A stretch of DNA of 52,362 bases, taken from assembly GCA_002104905.1 (NCBI GenBank), contig MCFE01000619.1, positions 1-52,362 of the forward strand, given 5' to 3'. The notes beneath the pieces are model-generated. The model made no database searches, was not told the DNA's origin, and was given only the letters and a program-made list of their open reading frames with translations. Made by a program: the position numbers and the translations under genes. Below, one piece after another: positions 25,076 through 36,719 of this stretch. This DNA is from Basidiobolus meristosporus CBS 931.73 (Eukaryota > Fungi > Basidiobolomycota). Position 1 is the first letter of the stretch, and each line of letters starts with the position of its first letter.

Positions 25076-28000
25076 TGTGGGTTATTACTGACTGTACTTG
25101 GTGAGTGGGAGAGCTTGTAGGTCAAGTCAGTACCACTTGGTTCAGAATAGCTTCCGATAGAAGGTAGTAAGGTAATAAAGACTTCTGTTTATTTTGTCCA
25201 AATCTTGTTGTTCTTCCTGGTTCAATTGGGTAGATATATATATCACTTGGGGGGGCTTAGACAATAGACAATGTGTTATAAAATAGGGGTGTGAACACCT
25301 TCCTGTTATGGTAAGTGTTCTAACTAGATAAGGGCAGGGATAGGAGGGGAGGACGTGTGGGGGAATCATAGGGAGGGTACTGGAGGACTTTGGGTAGGAC
25401 TCTGGAGGGAACTCTTGGGAGAACTCTTGGGCAAAGAGTGGGAACTACATTAGTAATCACATATCCCGGGGGTTAAGTGGGAGCTTTGTCCTCGAAGTTC
25501 TTTGACTAACTCGCTTCTCCAGGATTGATTTTGTTTACGGAGCATCTTGGTTCTCGCTAGTGGGAGGGGTATTGCCAGTTTTGGGTGAACTGTTTCCTTT
25601 GGCGCTTTCCATATGCATTCTTTTGTTCTCCCCTTTGGGCAAACTCCCTTGCGCATATTATTTGTACCTATATTGACTAAAATCTCCTCTAATAAACTTT
25701 GAATGTATCCCGTGTCTTCCTCTATCCTTGTCCTGATAATTGTTTAATCACACTTTGGTCTCAGTGATGATTGGTGGATCATCATGAAACGGTTTCAGAT
25801 GGGCTGGCGCTACATTGCTGATTGTCTTATTATTCAGGGTGATGGTGTACTTTGGTCTGTGGTCCAAACTGATAACGGTGCATGGGCCAATCCATCGGGG
25901 TGTAAATTGTGGGCAGAACTTGAGGCCTGCAACGGTTTGGTCGTACCACACCTTATCGCCTGGTTTCCACTTTCGTCTTGTTAGTTTCTCATTTTTGGGT
26001 GGAGGGGGAAGGTGCTTGTCAACATTTTCGAATACTTTTATGTATAGGTGGGCGATACAGTGTATCAACCTTTCTATATAGTTGTTATGTGTTGTCAGGG
26101 GGACACCTTCCATCGTCAATCCAGCTTCCTCCCGCCACTTGGGTCTTCGTCCATATAGGATTTCATATGGGGAGAAACCCGTCGTTTTATTCGGTGTGGT
26201 GCGCATTGCTAGGAGTGTCAGTGGGAGCAGCTCAGCCCATGATTGGGGAAGTTCCCAGTGAAGCTTCTCCAGTATGCGGCAACACGTCTGGTTCATCCTC
26301 TTGGTTAATCCGTTAGTCTGGGGGTGATACGTGGCTGTGAAGACTTGTTTCACACCCATCATTTCGCACAGGTGGGCCACGGTGTTGTTCAGGAAGGAAC
26401 CACCATTGTTGGACAGGAGTATCTGAGGATATCCGTGTTGGCAGATGAGACATTCTAGAATGAATCGGGCGGTTGTCTTCTGATCTTTATTGCTGACGGC
26501 TTGGGCTTCTACCCACTTTGAGAAATAATCGGTAGCAATTATTATGTATCATTCTCCTTTCTTTGTTTTCATAAAGGGGCCAACAAAGTCAATCCCTACT
26601 CGGTGGAAGGGCAGGTCAACCGGTATTGGTGCGGTTGTCCCTATCTTCTGACTCCGGATGAATCTTTTGCAAGTGGTGCATCTTCGTAACGTATTCGTAA
26701 CGTCGGTCATCATTTTTTGCCAATAAAACATTTTTCTTAACATCTTATATGTCGTTAGGGGGTTACTGTGTCCTAATGACATATGTCTTTCTCGTATGAT
26801 TTCTTCATGGGCTGCTAGTGGGGGTACCTCGGCTCTGGACTGTCCTTGGAGGAACCATAGTTGATTTTCTTGTACTTCGTACTGACACCATTTCCTTCAA
26901 AATTCTCTCTTCTGTTTGTTTGTAACAACATGTTTGGGATACCTCCCTTTCTTTTTAAAGCAGATTACGTCCTTGTACTCATCACTGACACGTATTTGGC
27001 AAACGGGATAGCGACTGAGGAAGTCTGCGTCCTGGTGTTTCTTGCCAGCGCGGTGAATTATTTCAAAGTCGTATTGCTGTAGTCGTAGGGCCCAACGTGC
27101 TAGTGGGCCGGTAAAGTCTTTAGTTTTCAATAGCCAGACCAGTGCGCTGTGGTCCGTTACTATTGTGAATTGGCGACCATATATGTATGTATGGAATTGT
27201 TTAATTGAATAAACAACAGCCAGACATTCTATCTTGGTAACGGGGTAGTGGCGTTTGTGTTTGTTTAGCGAACGGCTCACGTAACCAATCGGGTGGAATT
27301 TGCCGGGTTGGTGGTATTGTCCCAGTACGGCGCCTATACCGGTGAGGCTTCCATCACAGTTAATAAAAAATCTCGCATCCCAATTGGGAAATTGTAACAC
27401 TGGCGGTGACATCAGGGAATGTTTCAGCTGATCAAATGCTCTCTTTTGAGGCTCCAACCATACAAAACACTGACCCTTTTGCGTCAATTCGTATAGGGGG
27501 GCTGCTATTGTCGCAAAGTTTTTGACAAAGCGGCAATAGTAGCCGGCTAATCCTAGGAATCCCAACACTGAATTAATGTCCTTTGGTGCAGGTGCATTTT
27601 GAACGGCTTTCAGGAGTGATGTAGATGGGTATATTCCATCTGCCAAGATCTTGTGGCCCAGGAACAACAATTTTGTATACAGGAAATGGCACTTCTTGGG
27701 ATGTAGTTTGAGTTGGTTCTTGAGGAGGGATGTCAGGATACGTTGCATGTCGTGTATATATTCTTCTACATTGGGGGAATATATCGTGATGTCGTCCAGA
27801 TACACAAGGGCGCATTCCCATCGTAGATTTCCTAGCACCTTGTCGATCATCCTTTGGAACGTAGCGGGGGCATTGCACAAGCCAAAGGGTAGTCGGTTCC
27901 ATTTGTATAATCCAAACAATGTTATAAAAGCGGTTTTGGGTCGATCTTCTGGGGCTACTTCTAGTTGCCAATACCCGGAGATTAAGTCAAGAGAGCTAAA

Positions 28001-30791
28001 ATATTTAGCTCCGATTAATCTGTCCAAGAGGTCGTCTATTTGCGGTAGCGGATACACGTCCTTCCGGGTGATGGCGTTCAATTTCCGGTAGTCGATGCAA
28101 AAGCGTCACTTTCCGTCTTTCTTTGGGACTATCACTACGGGGGAGGCCCACGGAGACTGGCTCTCTGTAATGATGTAGTCTTTTAATAAAGTTTCAATTG
28201 TCTCTTTGATATAATCTGTGTCAATTTTTAAATTCCTATAGGCTTTTTGCTTGATGGGGTATTTGTCTGCAAGGTGGATTTGGTGATATACCCCAGGTAT
28301 ATGACCAATTACTTGGTTCTTAGAGAATACTTGGGCAAGCAGATGTATTCCTTCTAGGAATTTGTCTTGTAACGTAGGCGGTAGACCGGGGTCCACATCT
28401 AGTTTGGGGAGTTCTTCTTCTGGTTCTTTGTTTGGAGGTGGTCCTTGGTTGTTTCCGTCAACTTCCTCTAAGTTTAACAATGGCACTACTCTAGGCAATG
28501 TCACCGTGTGTCGCCCGTTGTTAACCACTAAGCATTTCAGGCTTTGCGTTTCAAATTTTGGTGGTATCCATACTTTAGGGATCAAGATTCCTTCCAGTTG
28601 CTTGGATGCTTTTGCTGCGGTTATCATTCTTCCGCTCGTTGAATAAGCTATTGGTGTTTCTAATGAGATCACCGTCTCACTGGCGGGTGGTATTTTTATC
28701 ACCTTTCGTGTGATGATCAGAGACTGCGATAGTTTCACCTCTTCAATTGTCACACTGTTGCTACGCGCCTTGCTCTCATCAGTGATATGAATCAGTGGGA
28801 TACTCTCGGTATCCCACCTGAGTTCAGATGCACTGTAAAGTATATCCATCTTATGTTGGATAAACCAACTCTCGCCAATGAGTAAGTTGTTGGCTGCAAC
28901 AGGTAGGACCACAACATCTTGGCGTATTATCAAGTTGCCTAGCCAAATGGGGCAATTAGGCACCACACCTACCGTTGTATCCAGTTGGTCATTCACTAGC
29001 CGTACTTGAATGGTGTCGTTGGGGACTATATTTAGTTTTAGACGTTTTGCTAATGACTCTGACATGATCAACGTAGAGGATCCTGTGTCGATAAGGGCAA
29101 GAATCTCCTTATTCTCTATACGTACCTTTACGTATGTACCTTTATTCGGTTTTTGCAGGACCGTCTGGTTGACATGGAGGGTTGTTATCTCCTTCAATCC
29201 CTCTATCAGTTCCTTGACTAGAGCCGGGGCCAGTCCCAGTAAATTGGTTATTGGGAGGGTTGCCTTGGTTTGCTCTAGTACCTTCACTATGGGGAATAGG
29301 CCATGGGAAGATGTGCTAGCGTTCTTTGTTCGCTTTAACACTTCTTCCCAAGGTTCATTCCGTACTTCTTCACCTAATTCCGCGCTCTTTCCTTTTGACG
29401 GAACCTCTACTTCAGGTTCCTTTGCCTCCTCTCTAGAAGCATCATGTTGACACTTCTTCTTCCGCACTTTGATTGTCCTGACCGGAGGGCTTAGATTGAC
29501 TGAGTCCCGTTGGCCTCCTTGCGAGGGACTCTGTCTTTTGACACCTTCTTCTCTTTTGTGTCCGGTACAGCTTCTCTTCCGTACCGTTTTTCACATTCAT
29601 GGGCCTGGTGACCTACTTCTCCACACACATAACACGGATACTGTCGTTGCGGTCGTTCCATCTGTTGGGTCAGGACTTGAACCTGGGCCTTTAGATCTAC
29701 AACAGCTTCCCAGAGTTTATCACCTTCTTTGGGGACTTCTTGGACATTGTTGATCAAGAGTTCTTGGACCTTTCGCCGTAATTCCTCTAACTCACGGTCT
29801 TTTGGGGAGGCAATTTTTCCTTTCTTACGGGGGATCCCTGTCCTTCGATCATTTGTATCACTATAGGGTAGCCCCCATAGCAAGATGACCCCTTGTACTT
29901 GTTCAACCAACTCTTGCAATGTTTTACATCCCTGTTGTTCTTTGGACGCCCTACATCTTATTTTGTCGTCTAAGCCCATGATGTAATACCTCATGAGCTG
30001 TCGTTTGGCAATTTTGTCCTTTGGGAGACATTGAACTTGTTGGAGAAACAGCTCAGTGTGGGCTTCATAGCTTTCACTGCTTTTCTTCCGCAAGGACAGT
30101 AGAAGGGCTTTGTAGTGCTATCGTTTGGCATATAGAAAGCGTGTCTTGTAGGCTTCTTCTAGTGCATCCCAGTTGTCTTTGACTGCGTCTTCCAACCCAT
30201 AATGCCATCGCCATGCTGACCCTTCCATATGTCTTGCAAACTCTCTTACTTTCTTATTGTCGTCCCATCCTGCATCAACCGCAACTCTCTCAAACTTATC
30301 AAACCACTCAAGGGCTTTCTCTCTCTTTCCCTTGTATGTTTTTAGTTTGATTGTAGTAGTCATTACCTCACTTGTGCTTATTTCCACAGAGACGGCACCA
30401 AATATGTGGGTTATTACTGACTGTACTTGGTGAGTGGGAGAGCTTGTAGGTCAAGTCAGTACCACTTGGTTCAGAATAGCTTCCGATAGAAGGTAGCAAG
30501 GTAATAAAGACTTCTGTTTATTTCGTCCAAATCTTGTTGTTCTTCCTGGTTCAATTGGGTAGATATATATATCACTTGGGGGGGCTTAGACAATAGACAA
30601 TGTGTTATAAAATAGGGGTGTGAACACCTTCCTGTTATGGTAAGTGTTCTAACTAGATAAGGGCAGGGATAGGAGGGGAGGATGTGTGGGGGAATCATAG
30701 GGAGGGTACTGGAGGACTTTGGGTAGGACTCTGGAGGGAACTCTTGGGAGAACTCTTGGGCAAAGAGTGGGTACTACATTGAGTACTCACA
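25076..30791 (-). mobile_element. Full-length Ty3/gypsy LTR retrotransposon (family F), recent
   Basis: LTRs 25076-25461 and 30405-30791 (5 substitutions + 1 indel). TSD AAACA at 25071-25075 and 30792-30796. PBS TGGTGCCGTC (30391-30400, minus), resembling a tRNA-His 3' end (inference). Domain order gag-PR-RT-RH-IN; no chromodomain seen. Confidence 0.98.
25748..30387 (-). pseudogene. Disrupted gypsy gag and pol
   Basis: CCHC CYVCGEVGHQAHEC; protease LIDTGSS; RT YLDD; RNase H; integrase GH..YW..C..C. In-frame stops at 30118, 28106, 26897 and 26549; extra base in the G run near 26820. Confidence 0.95.
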
Positions 30792-31971
30792 AAACAGACC
30801 AAATCAGATCTCTTTAGCAAGTTTGAAATGAAAGATCCTGGAAAATTGAGTTTTTTTATTGGAATTAAAGTCAAGATTGACATGCCTATGCGGAAAATTG
30901 TGCTGAGTCAGTCTAAGTAAATAAGGAAAATTCTTAGATGCTTCAAAATGAAAAATTGCAAAACTGAAGCTGCACTATGGACATCAATAAAAAATTGAGC
31001 AATTCTCAGCTAGTTTTAGGTGAAATGGATCAAATATGGACCAAAACTTTCCCTATCAATCAATGGTGGTAGCTGGATGTGATTGATGGTGTCTACATGT
31101 CCCAGTATTGCAGTGGCAGCTCAAATAGTCAGTCAATTCATGCAGAATTATGGATCAGATCAAATTACAGCAGTTAGGCGGATTTTCAGATATCTATAAG
31201 GTTCTATAAATATGATTCTGGAATACTTTGGAGCAGCTGATAGGGAGAAACTTAATGGTTATGGTGCTTCAGATTGGGGTACAAATCTGATTTACATATG
31301 CTCTACCACTGGATGTGTATTTGCTTATACTGGTGCAGCTATTAATTGGATTTGGAAGAAACAACCAACTATGGCCCTATCTACAGCTGAAGCTGAATTG
31401 ATGGCTGCTTGTCATGCAACTAAGGGGACTCTATGGCTACAAGAATCATTCAAGGACTAGGTTTTATTTCGGATGAACCAACATATATTTGCAAAGATAA
31501 TCTAAGTAGTATTGCATTAGCTAGGAATCATACTAATCTTGCCACAACTAAGCACATAGATATACAACACCAATTTGTGAGGGAAGCTGAAGAAAATAAC
31601 TTAGTAGAGTTAGTTTACTGTCTTATTGAAAAAATGGTGGCAAATATATTGACAAAACTGCTAGCTATACCACAACTTGAGAATCTCAGAGAGGAATCAG
31701 GATTAAGAAATTATTTAGTTCAGGGGGAGTGTTGAAATACTGGACTATCTGGTATCATTAAGCAGCTAAAAATTTACTTAACAATTCAAGACTAGTCTTG
31801 GTCACTATATCAACAACCTACTGCCACAACTTGCCACTTTCTGCATATCTATGATTCTATGATTATTCCCCTAGAGTCAAGATCAAATTAGCACTTTTTA
31901 CCAATCATGATGTACTAACCCTGAAGCTGTTACAGAATGCCTCTGAATGTTGAGAAACCCTCCTTACTTAG

Positions 31972-34900
31972 ACAGGAAGAAGGACCATCTAGCTTCTCTC
32001 AGGTTTGCTAATTTTGAGGTGGTAATATAACTGAGGTTCTTGGGGTCATAGAAGATATATATCATTTGGGCTGCACAATCAAGTAAGTGTCTCCATAGCT
32101 CAAAGACAACAATGATTACAAGTAGTTCCTTGTCATGGCTATCTTGGTTTACTTAAGCTGGAGTATATTTCCAAGAGTAGAATGTAATAGGGCGTGGCAT
32201 ATTCTTATCTACACACTGGGAAAGGATAGCACCAAGGGCAAAGTCAGAGGCATATACTTGTATGGTGAAAGCTTTCTTGAGGTCACGGTGGGGAAGCAGT
32301 GGTTTCTTGATGGAATCAAAGGACTTGTACTATTCCTCATTCCAGGCAAGGGGCAAATTTTTCTGAGTGAACTTTGTCAGGGGAATGATTATCTTAGAGT
32401 GGTTGGCAATCAATCTATAGAAGAGGCTGGCAAGTCCAAGGAAGGATTGCACTTCTGTTATGGAACAGCAGGTTTTTCAGGTCTGTAAGTCTACTTCTTT
32501 CTTGGGGTCCATTCTTGATCCATTTGAGCTTATAAGATAACCCAGGAATGCAACTTCTCTCTGGTCAAACTCACATTTTCTAGTTTGGCATAGTGGCCAG
32601 CAGTATCCAGCTTGGTCAAGACTTTTGTAACATGTGGATAATTCTCTTCTTGCCTTGTGGAGTAGATCAGGATATCATTGAGGTAGATAACCTCAAATTG
32701 GTCAAGGTATGCACAGAGCATGTCATTCATCATGTGTTGAAAGACAGCTGAGGCATTGGTGGGACCAAATAGCATAGCTTTATATGCAAAGTGACCATAT
32801 CTGGTTCTGAAGGCAGTTTTCCATAAAATGCCAGGCTTGATCCTGACAAGGTTATAAGCTCCTCTGAGATCAATTTTGGTCAATACTTTGGCAGCAGAGA
32901 ACTGATCCAGCAGGGTGTTGCTCAGTGGCATGGCTAGTGGCACCTGATTGCAATCTTAATCAATGCACAGTTGTCTACACACATTCTAAGTGTACCATCC
33001 TTTTTTTTGACAAAGAGGATTGGGGCACAAGCTTAGGATTTGGAGTGCTGAATAAAGCCTTTCTGGAGGTTTTCTTTGATTACTGCATGAAGCTCTTTCA
33101 ACATATGCTGTGAGAGGTTTTAGATAAGGCCAAAGGGTGGGGCTTTTCCATCTTCAAGGTTAATGGGCAATCATAGGGTCTATATGGTGGGAGAAGTTCT
33201 GTATTGTTCTTATCAAACATAAGGGCAAACTCTTTAGACTTGGCAGGTACTTCATTGGAGGGGGTTCCTTCAGTGATGATAGGCAGCTGGGTCTGGGGTA
33301 GCTTGGAAAAAAATAACTTTTTACGTGAAATGTTAGGTGGTTTCATGGAGTTGAAATGAGGGATTCTGGGGAATGTTAGGGTTTTTATATTCCAGCTGAT
33401 AGCTGGGTTATGGTGAATGAGCCTTGTGCTTCCAGCACCATGTGGAAGTGGCAAAATTGATGATGTTGGAGGCTAACATTGCATTGTTGCTATTATTGGA
33501 CAGCTAGAGTAGACTTGTCTCATGGATAACAGCACCAGAGCAGAGGGACCCTCCATCAATAACTTCTACTTGGACAGGACAGGATATTAGGATAGGGGGG
33601 ATTTTGTGCTTCTGGATAGAGGATTAGTCAATAAACAGGGCAAACATCAGAATATATGAGGGCAAGGACATGAACAGGGCTGGATTCAGGGTTATGGATG
33701 TTGACAAGCACTTTTAAGGACTGGATGGACTTGGTAGCATATGATCTTTAATGAATATGTTGAATTTTCATTAGATGGTCCAGTTGTAAGCCTGTCATTG
33801 TAACACAACACTGGAGTTTTCCAACAAGGAGAAGGCTGTTCACTAGATGGTTGCAGGAGCCAGAAGTTGAGCGTCTTATTAGGACAAGACTTGGCAAAGT
33901 GGCCTAGTTGGCCACAGTAAAGACAGAGGTTTGCCTTTGATGTCTAGATCTTTCTTTGGCAAGTTTCTCAAACTTGGCACTGTCAATTTGCATAGAAGCA
34001 TCATGCGTAGTATTAGGCAACTGGATTACTGGCAAGGAGGTTGGCTGATAAGTATATCAAAACCTCTGTTTCTTGTAGAAAAGGCAATTGTCACATTGGA
34101 CTGCTTGATGTATAGCTTTACCTACTGTAGCTAGGTCAGAGAGAGCAAGTAGTATATCACTGACTTCATCATTGAAGACATCATGAAACTGACTCATTAG
34201 GGCAGCATCATCCCAAAGGCTGAAATCACTGGCCAGTAGCCAGAACCCAGAAACATACACATATGCAGGTCTGTTTTTTTACTTCAAGTTCTTGATCTTG
34301 CTGGCAGCAGTTCTGGCTTGGTCAATATTGCCAACTGTTAGCTCCATTTCTGTGAGGAAGGCACAGTCTCAATGAGTGGCAGTGAGTTAGTTGCTACTAA
34401 AGGGGATACCATTTCTGGGTAGCTCTAAACCAACTTTTGCTTGACCTGTTGGGAACCAACTGGGCTGTAGCAACAAGTGGTGCTTGATTATATTTATGAA
34501 ACCTTGCAACTGGTTTTGGGAGCCACTGAGCTTGGTAGTTGAAGTGGTCCTGGGATCATGGCAAGAGGGAGTCTAGATAGGCTTTTGAGTATTTTGGCTT
34601 TGAAGCTGAGCAACAGAGCTTCTGAGATCTGCATTTTCTTGTTGCAGCTGGGTAAAGGCAGCCATGAGGCTTTCAAAGTTGTAATCTGGACTGGAAATGT
34701 TGGTGTCAAAGGAAGGGGAAAGGTTTCTTGAGCTTATTCAGGAATGCTGGTGCCTACTAGCTACTATGTGGGTTTTAAAGCCACTAGTTTGTCAAGAATA
34801 GAGTTATTGATCCACAATCCCCAACTTTGAATAGGTTAGCATCACTTCAGAAGGTACTGGCTTTGACATGCTTTGATAGTGTATTGTACTGAGGCTTCCA

Positions 34901-35359
34901 ATGCTGCAAATGTTGTAAAAAACACCTGAAGGGTAATAGAGTGAATGCAACTTTGGCCAATAATTTTACAACAATAAAGTATCCTTGCCGTTGGAGGACA
35001 AGACTAGGGAAAGAATCAGGGTAATACTTACAGTATTTATTCCTTTATACATTCATCTCAGGAAATTTGGGTAAAAGGAAGCAATCCTTTAGTCAGTCAA
35101 TAGCAGCCTGATAGAACTGTTATGAGTAAACACAGGGCATGAGAATAGAGCTAGGCAAGGCAGGACCAGGCAAGGACTTAGGTGGGATCAACAAGGCAAG
35201 GTGGATATGCAAGGCAAGGCTGTTTATTCAAGACCTGTGTTTCCTGACTGAGGAATAAACAGGAGGGGACAGAGCTATATTTATGTTTGACAATATGGAA
35301 GCCAAGAGATATTGGCTAATACTGATGGGGTTCTGTGGTGAAGCATGGTAAGTGTAACA
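31972..35359 (-). mobile_element. Degenerate Tf2/sushi-like gypsy (family G): LTR, gag, PR, RT, RH
   Basis: gag WDDAALMSQFHDVFNDEVSDIL; knuckle CLYCGQLGHFAKSC (~33885-33930); RT KIDLRGAYNLVRIK..WKTAFRTRYGH..YLND. Probable 5' LTR ~35020-35359 ending GTGTAACA; 3' end missing. Confidence 0.85.
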
Positions 35360-35539
35360 AGTTAGAAATATACTAAAGAACAGACTAAAACATCACATGG
35401 AGATATGCCAAGGGTTGGATGCTCATGTTACTAGGTCATGTGACATATGACTACCATGCATGGTATTGAGCTACATAAACTGCAAGGGGAAGCTTCCATA
35501 AAGTACTCCATTATGTAATGTTAACTTGAAGCTTTCAAG

Positions 35540-36620
35540 AAGTTGCTAGAATGTAGTTAATCAGTTTAGAAAGAACTGTGTTTCTTCATCATTTTGATTA
35601 GACCAGATCATGAAAGGTCAAGCATATGAAGCAATCATGATACCCTTGTTCTTCTACCTTTGATAGTTTCTGCTATTCCCAAGATACTTTCCTTGCATAC
35701 CAATGCTGGCACAAAATTTCTTTGCTTGCTTGAATCCAATATAATGCTTGTGGAACAGGTCAAGTGCATTCTGCTTGGCCTTGAGTTCCTGATGGTCTCA
35801 TGGTACAATGTCCTAAGGTGATGCTATGTTGGACTTTTAGCAGCCTCTTAAATATAAGCCCCCTCTTCATCATTGGACCCAACAGCTTCACAGATATTCA
35901 ATGTCTTTTGATTTTTACGCTTGGATAAAAACACTGCTGTCTCTCCCTTCCTGGCTGTGATAGATTTTGCTGTTGGCTTTAACTTTGGGCACTGTTCTTG
36001 TAATTGAAATACTCTGCACTGTTTCTCTACTGTTACATTAGGAAATGGCTTAATTCTTGGCTGTCACATTGAGCTACTGGAGTTCCTACTTTGCAGCAAA
36101 GATACTGCATTTTTACCTGGGGCATTGACTGCTCTACATATATTATCTACTCATTGTGCTTATGGACTCTTTTATGATTTCTCTGTGCCATTGCATATAT
36201 TCTATCTTCCACTGTACCTAATTGCCTTATAAGTTCTTTGGTATAAACTGAAAACATATTTGCTAATACAAGTAGTAGTGTTGTCATGGCAGCCACTTGC
36301 TGGTCTACAACCAGAGGCACTGTGTTTGCAATATTCTCATATGCATGAGCATTATGGTCAGCTTGCAACTCCACAGAAGTTCTGATTTGGCTATTTGACT
36401 GAGAGCCTGAGGAGTCTGCATTGTTACCTTCAGTGGGCACACTGTCAACACAGCTTTTTTTGGATGTAGCCCTGCTTGTTGCACTGCATGTCAAATCAAG
36501 CTGTTGTATAAGCTTCTTCTTCTGTCATCTGTGGGGTTTACTTGGGAACCAGATGACTTTACTTTTTTTTGGTGGTGCAGATATTGAAGTAAGTCAAATC
36601 AAGTCAGAACACTGCTGTAG
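35540..36620 (-). pseudogene. Unidentified degenerate ORF
   Basis: ORF 36147..36494 extends both ways through stops and frameshifts. CpG-depleted like the TEs; no motif recognised. Confidence 0.35.
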
Positions 36621-36719
36621 AAGTGAGAAATACTGCTTATGGTATATTTTGAGCCTAAGACTGCGGATACTAGTGACAGTTGTATTTTCTACTGGTATAT
36701 CAAGCTCCCAATAAACTGT

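Larger units (their letters stand above)
24690..31971 (+). mobile_element. Copia family A 3' fragment (copia-3), split by the gypsy F insertion
   Basis: RT 24690-25075 (LYVDDL) resumes at 30797. RNase H ORFs 31212 and 31433; PPT GTTCAGGGGGAG; truncated 3' LTR 31730-31971. Confidence 0.92.

Noticed and set aside
25330-25380. G-quadruplex in the gypsy F LTR
   Set aside because: Six G runs are present but one loop is 9 nt, and G-rich LTRs are common; no functional evidence.
25784-29753. Plus-strand ORFs antisense to gypsy pol, and similar ones over the copia elements
   Set aside because: Shadows of the coding strand with no independent motifs.
30094-30120. Programmed readthrough of the TAG inside gypsy gag
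   Set aside because: It lies mid-capsid, and the element has three other nonsense codons; decay is simpler.
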